From Babesia bigemina (Eukaryota): a stretch of DNA of 64,000 nucleotides. The stretch is from contig NC_027218.1 in assembly GCF_000981445.1 (NCBI RefSeq), positions 62,001 to 126,000 on the forward strand, written 5' to 3'. Made by a program: the position numbers and the translations under genes. Position 1 is the first letter of the stretch. Each line of letters starts with the position of its first letter. The notes under the pieces are model-generated. The model searched no databases, was not told the DNA's origin, and saw only the letters and a list, made by a program, of their open reading frames with translations. This document shows, piece by piece, positions 35,588 through 49,800 of the stretch.

Positions 35588-36943
35588 ATGTGGAGTTTGA
35601 GTCGAGATAGTAGCGCGAATGGCGCTGAAGGTCGAGCGTCTGTGTTGGACACGTTATTACTGCGTTCTGCGACGGATGATGTTGACGTGTCTTCCAAGGG
35701 TTATTGCACTTCCGTTGAGACAGATTCTGCTACGCCATACTTGAGTTCAGATGCGTCGTCGAATCGCGTCACGGGTTCTCATGTCACGACGACTCTTTCC
35801 CCCACGAACTCTAGGGAGCCCAGGACCCCTACTACGCGGTCGGAGCAGCTAGCGATTCTTCTTGCACGAAACTACGCGTCTGCGCCCGCATGCTCGCTAG
35901 AGTTCGTGAACCTCACCTCCAGCCTTCGGGACTCGCGAGAAACTCAGCGCGATTCCGATATTACGCTGCTAGACAACTGTTCGTGCCCGTATGCGCGTCA
36001 AAACTCAACAACGCAATCCCCCCTGAACGAGGATCCGTCTCCGAGTAGTCAGGACCAGTGGATTAACGCTTCCGGCGATGAAGAGCCGACTGAAAACACC
36101 GATGACATGCCATTGGATTCGGCACTGGTGGATGAGAATGGCTGCGAGGATACGCAATCTGTTGAGCGGGAGTCGTCGAGAGCCTGCGCTTTGATGAATA
36201 TGCACGAGGCAACTCAGGCGGTGGAGAACGGCGTAGAAGACGGCATCGAAACCACATGTTATCCTTTGGGTCCTCTTGTGCGCCGAAATTGCGTAGATGT
36301 CGGCACGAGCCCCATGCCACCTTCGCCAGGTGAACCCGAGCCGTCGCCTCCGACATCTCATGCCGTCGAAGCTGGAACTAGCCCTATAGAATCGGTGAAG
36401 AAATCAATTCCTGTATACAGCCGCAGCCTGCTCTATCGGATTAGGGTGCCCCTTGCCCAGAGACTCCGCAATTCATGCTCCACCTTGGGTGGAAGCTTAC
36501 CAAGCCCCCGCCGGTCTAGCGTTCAGCGCACTAACATGAGTTGCGAGCGTAGAAGCGTCTCATTGCGCCTAAGCATTCAGGAAACTGCGACTGTGGACAT
36601 CGAAAATGAGAGATCGGCCTCTACGGTGTCGTTTTCTGCCACATCCTCTGATTTGGGGTCCACCATAAATTCAGACAACGCGTCGTCGGAAGGCGGCACT
36701 TTTGTGAAGCGCGTTCGCTGCTTACAGCACAGGCGCGAGGGAAAGCGACGACGGGCATCTCGCACGTCACCAAATCGTGGGATATTGGTGTCTGGAGAGC
36801 TATGGCCCAATGGCACCATGAAATACATTGGCCCCGATCGTGACCCTGGGCAGGAAAACAGCCACGGTGACGATCGTATATCGCTGCTCAATCAGATGCT
36901 TGCCAGGCACTATTACCTATGTACCGCGCCACCGGAGCAGTAG
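35588..36943 (+). CDS. Hypothetical Ser/Thr/Pro-rich, likely disordered protein (451 aa)
   Basis: Long ATG-initiated ORF of low complexity with no recognisable domain. 3' end could be spliced. Confidence 0.65.
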   Translation: MWSLSRDSSANGAEGRASVLDTLLLRSATDDVDVSSKGYCTSVETDSATPYLSSDASSNRVTGSHVTTTLSPTNSREPRTPTTRSEQLAILLARNYASAPACSLEFVNLTSSLRDSRETQRDSDITLLDNCSCPYARQNSTTQSPLNEDPSPSSQDQWINASGDEEPTENTDDMPLDSALVDENGCEDTQSVERESSRACALMNMHEATQAVENGVEDGIETTCYPLGPLVRRNCVDVGTSPMPPSPGEPEPSPPTSHAVEAGTSPIESVKKSIPVYSRSLLYRIRVPLAQRLRNSCSTLGGSLPSPRRSSVQRTNMSCERRSVSLRLSIQETATVDIENERSASTVSFSATSSDLGSTINSDNASSEGGTFVKRVRCLQHRREGKRRRASRTSPNRGILVSGELWPNGTMKYIGPDRDPGQENSHGDDRISLLNQMLARHYYLCTAPPEQ

Positions 36944-37205
36944 CCATCAATGGTAAACTTCTGGAGTGCAGCCGCCGCTATCGCAAGGTTAACACCTGAG
37001 GCAAAACAGCCACTACGAACTCATATAAGTCGGTTTAGTTGCTTGAGCACTTTGTTCTATGTTTAACCGTGGTCCGGTGGCACTTTCCCACGCGTTTCTG
37101 TGCCAGAGCGCTGTCGCAGAGGCACGATATTTATGCTGCCTGCTCTGTTAGGCGTTTCCGATAGACGTTCTTAAATGCTGGAATTGGCGTTTGAAACGAC
37201 TGCTA

Positions 37206-38248
37206 TCATTCCGCCGTAAGCGCCAGTTTCCTCGTGTTGAAGTACGGCCGCAAGGCCCATTCAGTTTCCAGGTCGCGCATGTCCACCGTGCCTAGTTCGA
37301 TCTTGAAGGGCCGCATGACGAACCTCGGTCCCACTTCTGTCAGTTGCACTTCCTTATCTTCACCTATGAATCTTTGTAACGGCAATTGCTTTTATTTCCT
37401 ACCTTCCCGGTTGTTCGCTGCCCACACGTGGTGCCTGAAGTGGATATAGTCGCGCTTATTGACGAAGGAGAGCACTCGCGTCTCGTCTTGGTTGGCGGGG
37501 GGGAACATGTACCGTATGATGTTTTTCATCCTTTCACCAAGTTGTGATGAGAAGTTGTGAAAAATGAGGTGCGGATATGCCTGTAGTGGCATGGGATATA
37601 GCGGCCGTTTTCACTCTTACCTCGGACATTGTAGGCGGCTTTTCGGGCAAGTCATGCCTCAAAACCACCTCAGAGAGCTGGAAGTATGCAGTGGGTCCAT
37701 GCGGGAGATGGCAGATGATCATGGCGTTCGGCTCTCCTCTGTGCTCGTACAGGAGCACAATGTCCGATACGTCCTTTGACTTGCAGAATGCGACCAGATC
37801 CTTGAGAATGTACGACCCCCTGTTCATGCGCTCGGAATTAGGTATGATAAGCCTGATTTCTTTGGCGAACTGCGATAGCCTGGAGGAAGGATCACGTGAG
37901 GTGGTCACCATGACCTTCGGCTCCTTGATACCTAAAGAGCATTTAGAACATGTCAATAGATGATACACGTAGATGTAACGTCGGATGCAACCACAACAGC
38001 GCCCGTAACCTACCCACAAAGGCGTACTCGTCATCGGCGTGGGTATGCTCCTCTCGGTGGTGGGCATCTAGGAGGTCCAGAGACCCTTGAACCTCACCGC
38101 TGAGGTGCCTTAGCTCTGTAGGTATCGGTTTGTTGCTCTTGAGCGCCTCTTTTAGCTGGCGTGCCTTCTTGAGCGACGTGCTCTGCTTGTCTTCCTGCGC
38201 CTTTGCGAAGAGATATTCGCGGCGTTCCCGAAGAGTCTTCCGCAACAT
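37206..38248 (-). CDS. IMP4: U3 snoRNP protein IMP4 (Brix domain, multi-exon)
   Basis: MLRKTLRERREYLF, DDEYA, TTSRDPSSRLSQFAKE, EHRGEP..HLPHGPTAYF, PHLIFHNF and LTEVGPRF..WALRPYFNT. Confidence 0.95.
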
Positions 38249-38603
38249 GGTGAAACAAGTGTGTATATTGTGCAGAAGCTTTTGCGATGTGCCGTTTTAC
38301 GGCATTTCCGTGATGTGATGCCGGCTGCCAGATGTGCGATAGAATGTACGAGATATGCTTCCCTCAGCCAAGTACGGCGCCGCTATATGGAATAAACCGT
38401 GTGATATATACAAAATTATCAATGCTATTTCACGTCCGTAATCGACTCAGGCTATTTCAGGCCGATGCTATGGGGAGTAAGCTGCGGTGATATTGCAGCC
38501 TATTAGACGGCAGTAATAGCTGTACTTGTATACAAGCTGGCGAAATGTAAAACATCACGATTGGCTGCCAATATCGCCATTAAATTCGCTGTAGGCGCTA
38601 ACA

Positions 38604-39802
38604 TCAGCGTTTGGAAGACTCGTTTTGTGTTCGTGTCTTGAGGAAGCTGTCTATCAGCAACTGCCCCGAAGGAAGCGCATCCTTCGTGCGTGGCTCTTTA
38701 GGCAGCGGTGAAACGTCGCACTCTTCTCTGTATTCGCACATTTTGCACTTCCACGACTCTTGTTTCTGCACTTGTTAAATTGAGCTTAAGCGGAACTTAC
38801 TCTGACAGGCTCCGCGTGTCGGTGTCCGTCCCAGAAATCGCACAGATACTGTATTGTATACATGGTAGACGACTCCTGGAGGTCAATGTCTGAGGTGTTG
38901 AACACCTCTCCCTCGTGTTCGTATGACAACTGCATGGTCGTTGCGATTTCCGGGAGGCGCATGAAGGCGTTTTTGAATCGCCTTTCCAGCATTGCCAGGC
39001 ACCCTTCATCTACGAGTTCGGCTGCTACGAAGGGTGCATCCTTGTCGCACTCAAATGCCTTATACAGTGCGTCGAACTCCTCATTTCCGCTGCGCATCTT
39101 TTCCAGCATTATGCAGTAGGCTTGAACCTGCAACGCCGCACCCTGCATCTGAGAGGCGCTGGGCTTGCACTTTTTGTTGCGCGTCTTGGTATCCGATATC
39201 AACACTTTCTTTTTCTGTGATGGCCCCGACTTGATGATCTCCAGCTGGTCGATGATGCCGCGGAGAACGTAGCCGTTAATGTTTGCGAAAACCCACAGTT
39301 CACGACACTTGCCAGTGGCCATGAGCTGGTCTATAAGGTTGATTGAGTTGAGCAGTTTAATGCCAAGGGAGTCCTCATTTGTTTCCACTGCAACTTCCAC
39401 CACCTCGTGGTCTTCCAGCTCGAGCTGCTCGTGCCGCTCTGTCCCTTGCTCCATCTCCTTGGTTACCCGCTTCCGTCCAGTGATGAGCATGAGTTCGGTT
39501 TGCTTTTCACACCACAACTGCGAAGAGAGATCGGTGACCGAAAGCGTCCAGTTTTTCCTGAACTTAATAACCGGCGGCAGTTCTACGACATTCGGCTCCT
39601 CAGCTGACATGGTGGCACTCAGGTAGTCTTCAATGTCTGGAATGAGCCCATCTAGGTCACTACTGTCGATCTGTGTTTCATCTTCCGTACCCTTAGTGTC
39701 CTCCGCATTATCAGTGTCTTGGGTCTCAGATGCTACGTTCTTACGCTTCTTTGCTATGCGATATGTTTTTCTCTTCTTCGTTACAACTTCGTTGTCATCC
39801 AT
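38604..39802 (-). CDS. EXO5: Exonuclease V (EXO5/DEM1 family, Fe-S cluster PD-(D/E)XK nuclease)
   Basis: LSVTDLSSQLWCEKQ, G..RHEQLE, RELWV, GIIDQL, ISDTKTR and LQVQAY. After intron ~38766-38800 it reads WKCKMCEYREEC, completing the four Fe-S cysteines. Confidence 0.85.
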
Positions 39803-40406
39803 GGTGCTTGTTAGCGATACTGTCCGTTATCGTTGTCGTATTCTGATATTATTGGCGGCATCGGAGTCTCATGGTTGCGTTCGGCCATAACCCAATCCGG
39901 GATTACGGTATCTAAAATTCACCGTCTATAGCCAAAATAAAGCTATACAGACGTGCCAGAGGCGTCTAAATGAGTTTTTTGAGTCCGCTGGAATCTTCGG
40001 AGAACAACATCTTCATGTGTGTTAGCCACGCTCATACGTCGAGAGCTTCCGTACAGCCTTATTCGACCCAGCACATGTACATAGCGCATGAACTGTTAGC
40101 TTACTACAATGTGTACCGGGATGAGTACTGCTTTAATTGACGACGGGTGTCCCATATGAGTTATACTACCCGCATTTCCAACTTCCCATGACTACCGCGT
40201 CGCTAGTTATGAGCTGCGAACGTTAGCACATCCTTTCCAAAAGCTCCAGACAGTTAAACTTCGAGTTCTCCTGTATATTGCAGCGCCAATCTCTTTGGCA
40301 TCTATGAACACTTTTTAAAATTCGGTTACCCCGTTCCGAGTTACTGGAAGGCGCTGAACTCTCTAGATGTGTGCGTTGCGCTCATCAACACCGTACTCTA
40401 TCGACA

Positions 40407-41444
40407 ATGAAAAACGATAAACTGCGCTGTTTCCGGGTGTTTCGCTCCGGAATCCCGGATATGTCGACTCCTGTGATGCTAGGTTGTTAGATTCGGCTAA
40501 TCTGGGTAATGAACGCTCAGGAATCGACGAAGCTGGGAGAGGGCCAGTTTTAGGACCCATGGTATACGGTGGTTTCGTCTGCCCTATAGGAGAGGCCTGC
40601 AACAACATGCTCAAAGACGAGATTGGCGTCAACGACTCCAAGAAGTTAACCGCCGACGCTCGTGTTAGCAAGTTCCGGCAGCTGAACACACCGTCAAAAC
40701 CGTTTGCCGTGTGTGCAGAGGTGGTGACGCCAAAGTTCATCAGCTACAAGATGCTGCAGAGGTATGTCTTAAGCATACAGCAGTATATTCCGCGCAGAGA
40801 CAGCTACAATCTTAACAAAATATCGCACGATGCAGCCATCTCACTGATTCGCCACTTTATATCGCAAGGTTTCAATTTAAAGGAGGTATGCATGTTTTAA
40901 ATGTTTCTCACGCATTCCAGGTGTACGTGGACGCCGTTGGTTCGACTGGTGTATACGAGGCCAAATTGAGTGCGCTGTTCCCTGGCATCCGCTGCGTTGT
41001 AAGTTCTGCTTGATGGTTATTAAGGTCCATGTTTGCACGTTTTCAGCTGTTTAACGTGTGATTCAGGTCGCCACCAAAGCTGATTCCAAGTTCCCCGTGG
41101 TCAGCGCGGCGTCCATTGTGGCCAAGGTTATCCGTGATAACATGGTCGAGTCGTGGCTGTATGACAAGTCTGAGCACGTGGAAGTGGGTTCCGGATATCC
41201 CAGTGATCCCACCACTGTGAGGTTTTTGTCCCGCAGTTTAGACAAGGTCTTTGGATTCTCAACGTTTGTACGCACGAGTTGGGCCACTGCCAAGAACATA
41301 CTAGAGGACAGCAATGTTGCTACCCCGTTCGAGTGGTACGAAATCAACACCAAGGACAACGAACAGGAAGCCGAACGGCTGAAGGCGATACGCGAGACCG
41401 AGTGGCCTCCATTCCGTACGCTGCAGAACATCACACAGCTCTGA
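40407..41444 (+). CDS. RNASEH2A: Ribonuclease H2 catalytic subunit A (multi-exon)
   Basis: LGIDEAGRGPVLGPMVY, DSKKLT, LNKISHD, VYVDAVG, KADSKFPVVSAASIVAKV and GSGYPSDP. Confidence 0.95.
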
Positions 41445-41685
41445 GCTATACTACCGTTAATCGCATGGACAACTAATAAATCTGCATCTATTTAAATGTA
41501 TGCTGTTGCATGCGGTATGTGATATAACTAAAGTTACGCAGGCTGATAGTGGCGTCTACTATATGCAATCGCCACTAGGATTCGGAAATGGGCATCTTTA
41601 GACATTGTATCCCACTAAGTTGTGCATACAGGGACACATATATCCGTATGACTACAAGCCGTTTGTGAGGTGGCGGTGTAACTGT

Positions 41686-43483
41686 TCATATCCAGAATAC
41701 GAATCTCTCGGTGCTGCCATCCGATGCACCTGGATCCGTCACAAGGTCAGACGGCAACTCAGGCTGCGCAGAACCGGATATATAACTGGCGTCGTCAACT
41801 TCAGACTGCTGGCCATCGTAGCGGTTGCCGACAAATTGCACCAGCCGGGTTTTGGTGTAGGCTTTAAAGTTACATGTCTCATCACCCCGCGGCCGCAGCT
41901 CCACGCAACATACGTCGCCCCGCGTCTTAAAGCCGAGTCTCTGCAGGCGTTCCACTTTTGAGTTCCGCAGCAGTGTGACATGGAACTCGTGGGTCACTGA
42001 GGTTTCGTACTCGGGGAAGTCCTGATCTACAACTCCGACATTTGCTGGCTGCGTGGTGTCGGCATTGTCTTCATCATTCTCCTTTGTATCGCGCGGCACC
42101 ACATTTTGTGCATTACCTTGCCTTCTAGAAGCAGGATCCACACCTTGTATTTGTTTGATCTGCACCGAAGCTTTACCCTTGCGTTTATTCGCCGGCTCAT
42201 CGTGATCTATATACTTGCTACGCAATTCCGCCAGCATGTCATTGAGCTCCTGATCTGTAATCGCCCCATTTGGGTCTACTAATGCTACATCGGCGTATGT
42301 AACCTCGATGTTTCCTCCTTTGGTGACGTATATGCCACGTGCGGCTGCTTCCGCCTCAGTCCATCTGCCTGGGTTGTAGGTATTTTTAGTCTTGGAAGCC
42401 TTCTTTTGTGCGACTCGTTTCTTGGACGCTGCTATTATGTTGTTCACTGCCCGTTTCACGGAATCCTGGAATTCTGATGCGATATCGGATAAATTGTCTT
42501 CTGGCAGTGCATGTGTCATGAATACGCTACGTTGCGCGGCCCGCCCTTTGTATACAATAGGCTTGACTCCGGCAAGCTCTATGGTGTATGGCTTCCGTTT
42601 CCCATCCGCGCCCGTTGACAGCGATGACACGGCGAGCGTCGTTGCCTGCAATGCCCTAACGACAGCGTCCACGTCTTCATCAGTGACTAGGTTCAAAAGG
42701 GCCAGAGTCACATGCGGCCGCTTTTCAAATGCTACTTCATGGCCTGATAATACGATGTTTGGAGCACATGTACTGGTTACCTAGAAGGCCTATTACTTCC
42801 TGCTTGAATTCGCTAAAAACACGCTGAAAGTCAGCGCCCCGAACGGGGAGGCAGAGGTAGTAGTTGTATATGCGGCTCGTTCGACACATATTGAGCATCT
42901 CCACTATTGCCTCCGACGATTTGCTACCGCTGGCAATGAGGCAGTGGACGTCGTCTCGCGGAGTTAGGCTCATGCGTACGTCCATTCGTTTCTCCAGTTC
43001 TCGAATGTGGCTCCTGATGAAATCGTTGAATGCAGGCCTCACAGTCACAGCGACCTGGTCCATCGTCATTGAATGTACTACGGAAACCTTTTCCGTATCG
43101 TACTGCTGAGGCTCCGCTTTCCCCATTGAGGATTCCCTCGTGTTCCTGAAGGTGCCTTCTTCCGGCATAACCAGCTCGGTTTCAAGCGGCACTGGCACAC
43201 GGAACGTGTCATACTTCGGAGGAGTAACGCCTTCCCGCTGTATTGCGATGGTGTCGAAGCGAAAGTGATCCCCCTTGATCGTAACCATTCTGTCTACGTA
43301 ATTGCGAGGATTGTACGATTTACTGCGAGCTTCCGCTCTTGTAGCCGGAGATAGATAACTCTTCTGCCAACTGTTTGCTCCAAGGTGGATGTGTTTGACG
43401 TGTATGGTTCTCGCGATGCCGAAGGTCTGAGTGTGTATAAGCGCTACCACGAATCCGATGTAGGCGCTATAACCCGAAACCAT
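41686..43483 (-). CDS. 2H phosphoesterase (AKAP7/ASCC1/LigT-like) with N-terminal signal peptide
   Basis: Two ORFs joined by an intron (~42743-42779). YNYYLCLPV, PHVTLALLNL and EFHVTLL give two HxT motifs. Hydrophobic N-terminus AYIGFVVALIH. Confidence 0.65.
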
Positions 43484-43890
43484 TCACCTTCTACGCACTT
43501 TACGAACTACATGTCTATAACGAGTTACTACGCTATATTATCAGTGTAGGAAGTCATCCCGAAATGCGGATGCGCCGCAGCACGCGCGGCGAAGACAGGT
43601 TCAGGCAGCAGTGAGCATATAAGATGCCAAGGAGATTTTAACGTTTTGTAGTAGCATGTATAGACATGATATGTACCATATATGTGTGAATTACTGCATA
43701 GTGAGTACGTACTACGTTGCTTGCACAATTCGCAACTATGATTGCATAGCATTCTTCGCTATACATTCATGGCGTTGTGCACGCTTTTCAAATGGCAGCC
43801 AGCTCCCCAGTAGACAAAACTCCGAAACTTCGCTTGATTACTTCCGCAATGGAGGCTTATTTGACAGGTTTGCCCTCGTACGTTAGCCTG

Positions 43891-46800
43891 CTAGAGGGAG
43901 AGGCAAAATTTGAGTTTTCCAGATCTCCACATCGAATACGGATTCACTATGCGATAAACGTTTACGTCGTCGAGTCCGACTCCCGATACGCGGAAAATTT
44001 CGTACCTGGCCCCCTTCTGCTGCGCGAAACACCACTCGTTGTAGGTGACTGGGAAGTAGTTCCTGTTTGCGCACGAGCTGCTTTTGACCTCTATAAATAT
44101 TTCTTCGCCTTCAGTGTTACGAATGGTCAAATCGTACGCTAGGCCGCTCTCCGCTTTCTTGTTGTACCAACTTATCGCAACCTTTTTGCTATCCAATTCG
44201 GATTTCAACAATACCTGCAGAAGGTCGAACACATACTCCTCTCCCAAGTAGCCAACCGCAGTGATACGCTGCACATCCACTGGAGTTTTGCTCAACATGC
44301 GATCTGCAAGTTGCCGATTCATCTTGGTAGGCTTGACGTACTTGGAAGACGGGATATGCTCATACAAGGAAACGCTTCCAACCGCGCTCCTCAGTTCGTC
44401 AGATAGCACCAGCATGTAAGCCAAATGCTTGTTAACCTCCTTACAAGACGTAGAACGCCCATGGTAGAGCTGCACTGTAGTTCCATGGTCGGTTGGATCC
44501 TTGCGTGGAACGCTTACTATATTTTGCTCGACGTGCAATGGCGAGTGCATAGAGTCGTTTGCTGCAGTTAGAATAACATTTGTATGCTTAGCAGCCGGAG
44601 TGAAGCTTCTTTCAACGTTTCCGCCATCGCCTTTTGCGTCTGCAGCTTCTACATGAGGGGCGCATACCTCCGAACGTAACAAAATGGTCGAATCATCTGC
44701 GGCATCAACCGGCTGTGTGACCTCCATTACAGCGGAAGGAGGTTGTGCTGACTTGTTGACCACATCTACAGGGACACTCGTCTGCGCAGCACTACCTGCG
44801 ACATCACATTTAAAAGGTACCAGTGACTTGGACGCCTCCTTGTTCTTGGTATCTGGTAAGCAAGCTTTTGCGGTAGTTGCAGAACGAGCATTCACGCCAG
44901 CAGGTGAAAGACCGCTGTTAGATGCGGCTTTTTTTAAAAATTGATCACCAACTGGTGGAGCGTACAACCAATGATAGATGAACGGATCCATGACTTTTTT
45001 CAAGCACGTATCTCCGCTATCTAGGTGCGAACCATACCCATCCATGAGAGGGAGCTTTTTCGCAGCAGCTGGATCCGACGTTACTTTATCCGTAAGCTGT
45101 TTTGGGGCCTCGCATTTCTTGATCGTAATATCTGCATCAGCTTTTGAATCCTTTTTAACACTTGTATCCTTTCCAGTGACATTACACCCAGCGGCAATTG
45201 TGGTACTGCTGCCAAGAGGCTTACGTGGATATGCCGCTACATAGTCAGCGCACAAGCATTTTCCGGATGGCCCATTGCTGTTACCCTTCACGAAAACATC
45301 GACCGCATCCTTCGGCTGCGACCGTATCATCTCATACACGGTGCACATAAATTCTCCTAACATCCTTTCGTGTTCATTTGTTTCCATGAAACGCCTGTTT
45401 ATATCCTTCGGAGAGGCTGCCGGATCGACGAGGAGCACCTTAGCAAGGTTCACGAAAAATGAGGCGGGCAAGCTTTTCAGTTTCCCGTTTTTCGCGGCAT
45501 TTTGTGCACTTGATATAACATCTGCCGTGTAAGCGAAATGTTCAGGCATCGTATCTACGACTGCATAGATCTTCATCGTACCTATACCTTCGCAATGAAC
45601 GAACGATTCGCCTGACAGCCGTGCGCTTTTGGCCAATACATCACCCTTGCGGTATTGATACACCATCATAACTTCGCTCGTTGTGATTACGATGGCTATG
45701 CGGTGTAGGAGGTAGAGAATACGTTGACAGCACAGGTCGTATTGGTCGATCATGCGGTGTTTCAGGTAGTGATTCACATATGGCAGCAGTGCTACTAACA
45801 AATAGCTATTCATCGGCCAAGGACATTGCGCCACTGTAGACCCAGCCACACATTGCAGCTGGCAATAATCCTTAAATTCAGATGCACCCAAAGTTTTCAA
45901 TACACGTTCCCACATGTCATCTACGTTGAGGTTTCCATCAGTGGAATATCTCTTCAAGTACTGAGACGTGTTGGAATACAGAAGCCCGACTACAGGCCTA
46001 CTGGCCACCCATATACCTAATTTCGGATCCAGCGGGAATTTCTGAATTATACTCCCGGAATCCCAGCTACGTGCAAGAATTATACCACTGGCAGGCGCTA
46101 CTAGTCTATCCATCCTGGAGCTCCGTGTACTACCTTCTTGCCCACAAAGGAACATGTCGGCATATACGCACGTAACAGGTATGCACTCACGTTTCCAAAT
46201 GGTCCTGATAAATGTCACCTTGTCCATTACATTATAAAGGTGTATGATGCACTCAAAAACGGTCTCCAAGTGTTCACAAACATTCTCATTTGTAACACCA
46301 TCTAGTATGCGCAGCGTTTCTTCAACTGAAATGATTTGTTTGATTCCCAGCGCTTTCCAGAAACCTGTCAACTCTGGGAACTCTGCATAGTCCTCTGTCA
46401 GCACGGCAAGACCTTCACAGCCGATTATAGACTTGTATATTGCCAACTTAGGGTCCTTTGAAGTGCACAGCATCGGCTTCTTAGGCGAACCCGGCGATTT
46501 GAAATATGAAGCGAAAACAACTACCAAGTTCCTGCAGTGAAACGTGGTACGAACTCGAAGGGCAAACAAGCAATCCTCTTGCATTGCCCGATACAGTCCG
46601 TTATATATAGAAGCAATGATTCTCCTTAGTACCCCGGGTTCATTAAACAGAATGCTGTCAAAATATTCTTTTGAAAATGAGTGATTCAAACGATGCAGCG
46701 TGGGGGCGTCTGTCCAGTGTTGTAGCCACTGAGACGTGTCTGTCTGGGTTTCTGTGCTGTGTCGGGATTCGATGTCGGCTTTACCGCATTTTGCGCATAG

Positions 46801-49800
46801 GAAATCCAGTATCTCCAGTAAGTCGTATGATTTCTTTGGGAGAAGAAGTTCGTTTTTAACTTGAGCGTCAAGCCTTTTAAAAAGAGTGCAGGAGTACCCA
46901 ATGTCGTTTTCCAACGCAATGGGCAGCGCTACTTGCCAAACGCCATCAGATCTCAACTGTTCGCCAGATTTATAGACGCATTCTTCGTACGGGAGCCATG
47001 GAATGTGACGCAACTGGTAGTACAGAAGCGAGCGACCAAGGGGTTGCTGCCGATCACCACATTGTAATGTAGCCAGGCAATAGTCAGGGTGAATTTCAAG
47101 TTCCTTGATCATTATATGGTACATCAAAGTAGAGAGTTGATGCGCGCACTGTCGTCTAAGCTGTAATTCTACGTCATTACCTTTATCTTCACTTGTCTGC
47201 TCGCCGCCACGTGATTCACACGGGTCACTCCCATGAAGTTGCCGCACGACAGCGACAACACGCGCGAAATCCGGGCTATACCAGTCTTTCACCGTCCTAT
47301 GAACGCCAAACTGGCGCGATTGTCTCAAATCCGAATCCAATTTCGTGATACGGTGCTGAACTGCAATCCCTATGTCGTCTGGAAACACGGGTAACTCGTA
47401 TTTACCGCAAGCATCAACCGACAAATGCAGTGGAGCGTAAGTGATGAAACTGAATACGCCGATGTGTGCCAGTGTATCGACAAAATCTTTGAAGGTAAAG
47501 CCGTCGTGCGACGGTTTGCTGTATTTGGCAATGCCTTCAAGATATTCATCACTCAGGAACATATGGTGCAGATCCTTATAAGCGGCAAAGGTTCGGATAT
47601 TGTCGTAATGTTTAACGAGTTCGTTATCCTCCGTCATAAGTTTGCAAGCGCTTATGTGGTCGGGACAAAAACGAATTAAGGGGTCACCCAGGCGGGCGAT
47701 TTTTCCGGTGTTGACAACGACTGGCATTGACCTGATCACTTCTATATCCTTAGGGCCCAGAGATGCGAGCTTGTCGCAATTCAGAGCCAAGAAGTGCAAC
47801 ACATCCCTGCCTTGCTTCAAAATATCGTCACAACTAAGACAATCGCGTGAATTAAGTATCTTGCGAACATTGGTGGTTATTAGTTTGGACAATGTGCCCT
47901 TTTCCGTCAATTCTATGCAACCCAAACGCTCCAAGAGACAGGCTACACGGTTTTCATACCCCTCTATTTCCCACCTATTTTCAAAGAGAGATGATGACAC
48001 AACCTTGTGAACACCCCTTATTTCTGTCTGCATGCCGCTGCGAGCAAACACGGTGCAATCGTCGACGAAGATGAGCATGCCCTGAGAATCAACCAGTAGT
48101 AACACTTCACGAATACCATCGATATCACTGGGAAGCGCCATGCGCTCCAGCAGGCATAAGACGACTCCAATGTTGCGAAAGAACTGCTGCGCCAACTGCG
48201 GCTGCGATGACAATGGAATCGAAACGTCAATTTTGGTTCGCAGACCTATCATAAGTTTGCATATGAATGCAACGTCCATTTCATTGATTCCGACATCCAA
48301 CATTGCAGCACGCAAGTACGGATCGTGAAACTCCACAGAGGCATAATACGTATCACAACAATCCTTGAGCAGTTGCGGATCGAAAACGGCTCGTGTAATT
48401 TCTCGTGCATCCTTTTGGGACATCAGGCAAGTGTTATCTGGTGGAATAACGGCATTAGAGGGACGTACAGTCAAGTTTGATTCACCTTCAACTGCTACCC
48501 AAGGCATATGCTGGAGTAATTGCCGGGCTTCGGCGCAACACATTTCGAAACCGCCTGTTCCCGCGTATTTCCCCGGTATCGCATATAAAACATTACGGTA
48601 CACATTCGGCAGATGGCGGAAAGCCTTGGATATTATAAGGACCATCAGAGCGAACGCCTCACCGGCTCTCTTCGTCAACATGATATTCCACGGATCGCCG
48701 CCGATGATATTCTGCCTGCTTGCCGATAGGACAAAATCCGCATTAACCATAAATGGCACGCCATAATCCGCAACAGGAAGCACATTGTAAACGCTGTATG
48801 TTTTACCTCCAACTACATCCGGCAGTAGCGGGAGACCTACGGTGACGGCACATCCCTTGCTCGACTTTTTGGAAAGGCCTACAGAAAGTCTTTCTATTTT
48901 ACCAAGCATAAAATTGTGCGTCAACATGCACACGCACGTATCTTGCACGGTAGAGATGTTGTTAAATATGTTCCCTACCTCAGTGGATATCATGATCGCC
49001 TGAAAACGAGCGTCCAACATATTCACCGGCAAAACAACCGAGGAAGCGGTGGTAAGCGACACTTCTGGCTGTGCTTGACTGTTCACTACCATACGAACAT
49101 TTTTACGCACCAGCATTTTTTTACTGATACGTGTGACGGTGCATTGGGTGATGTCAACTAGCGTTATGGTCGTGAGCTTTCTCAAAAATGCTAGATGCAA
49201 GGGATACAATTGCTGAAAATCTGAAAAAAAGCCATGTTTTCCACTAGCAACATCCTCCTTAAACGGGAGATACATGAGCGTATTTGGGATGGCGCCGTGC
49301 CTCTGTACAAATTGAGAGACGAACGCGCTGTAAACTGTATCGCCCGGATCCGAAAGCATGGTCCTGACATAACCAAACGGGTTGTTTTTCTTTCCAAGAC
49401 TGACCCAGTGAGGCAGGATGTAGTCCGTATTGTACAGCATATTGGGGTTAGTGGAGAACATGAAGTGGTAGCCGTTAGAGAAGACATATGGCGATTGGGT
49501 GACCAGGAATACTGATTTAAATCCTATACCGAATTTCCCTGTCTTGCTTTCATTGCTGCCAATCTTGCTGCTTGCCCCTATATCGCAGATGGACCTTACA
49601 TCTTTCTCGCTGAATCCACGTTCGTTGTTAATGACAACGATCCCTCCTTGATCCAATAGGAACGCAATTTCGGGTGACTCCACATCGTAGTCGTTGTCAT
49701 CCGCATTTTGCAGTAACTCTAGCTGGAAATGGGTTCGGTTGATATAAAGGTCTTCAGCAAGCCGTTCTATTGAGCGCGCTATCTTCTGACGCTGTTTGCT

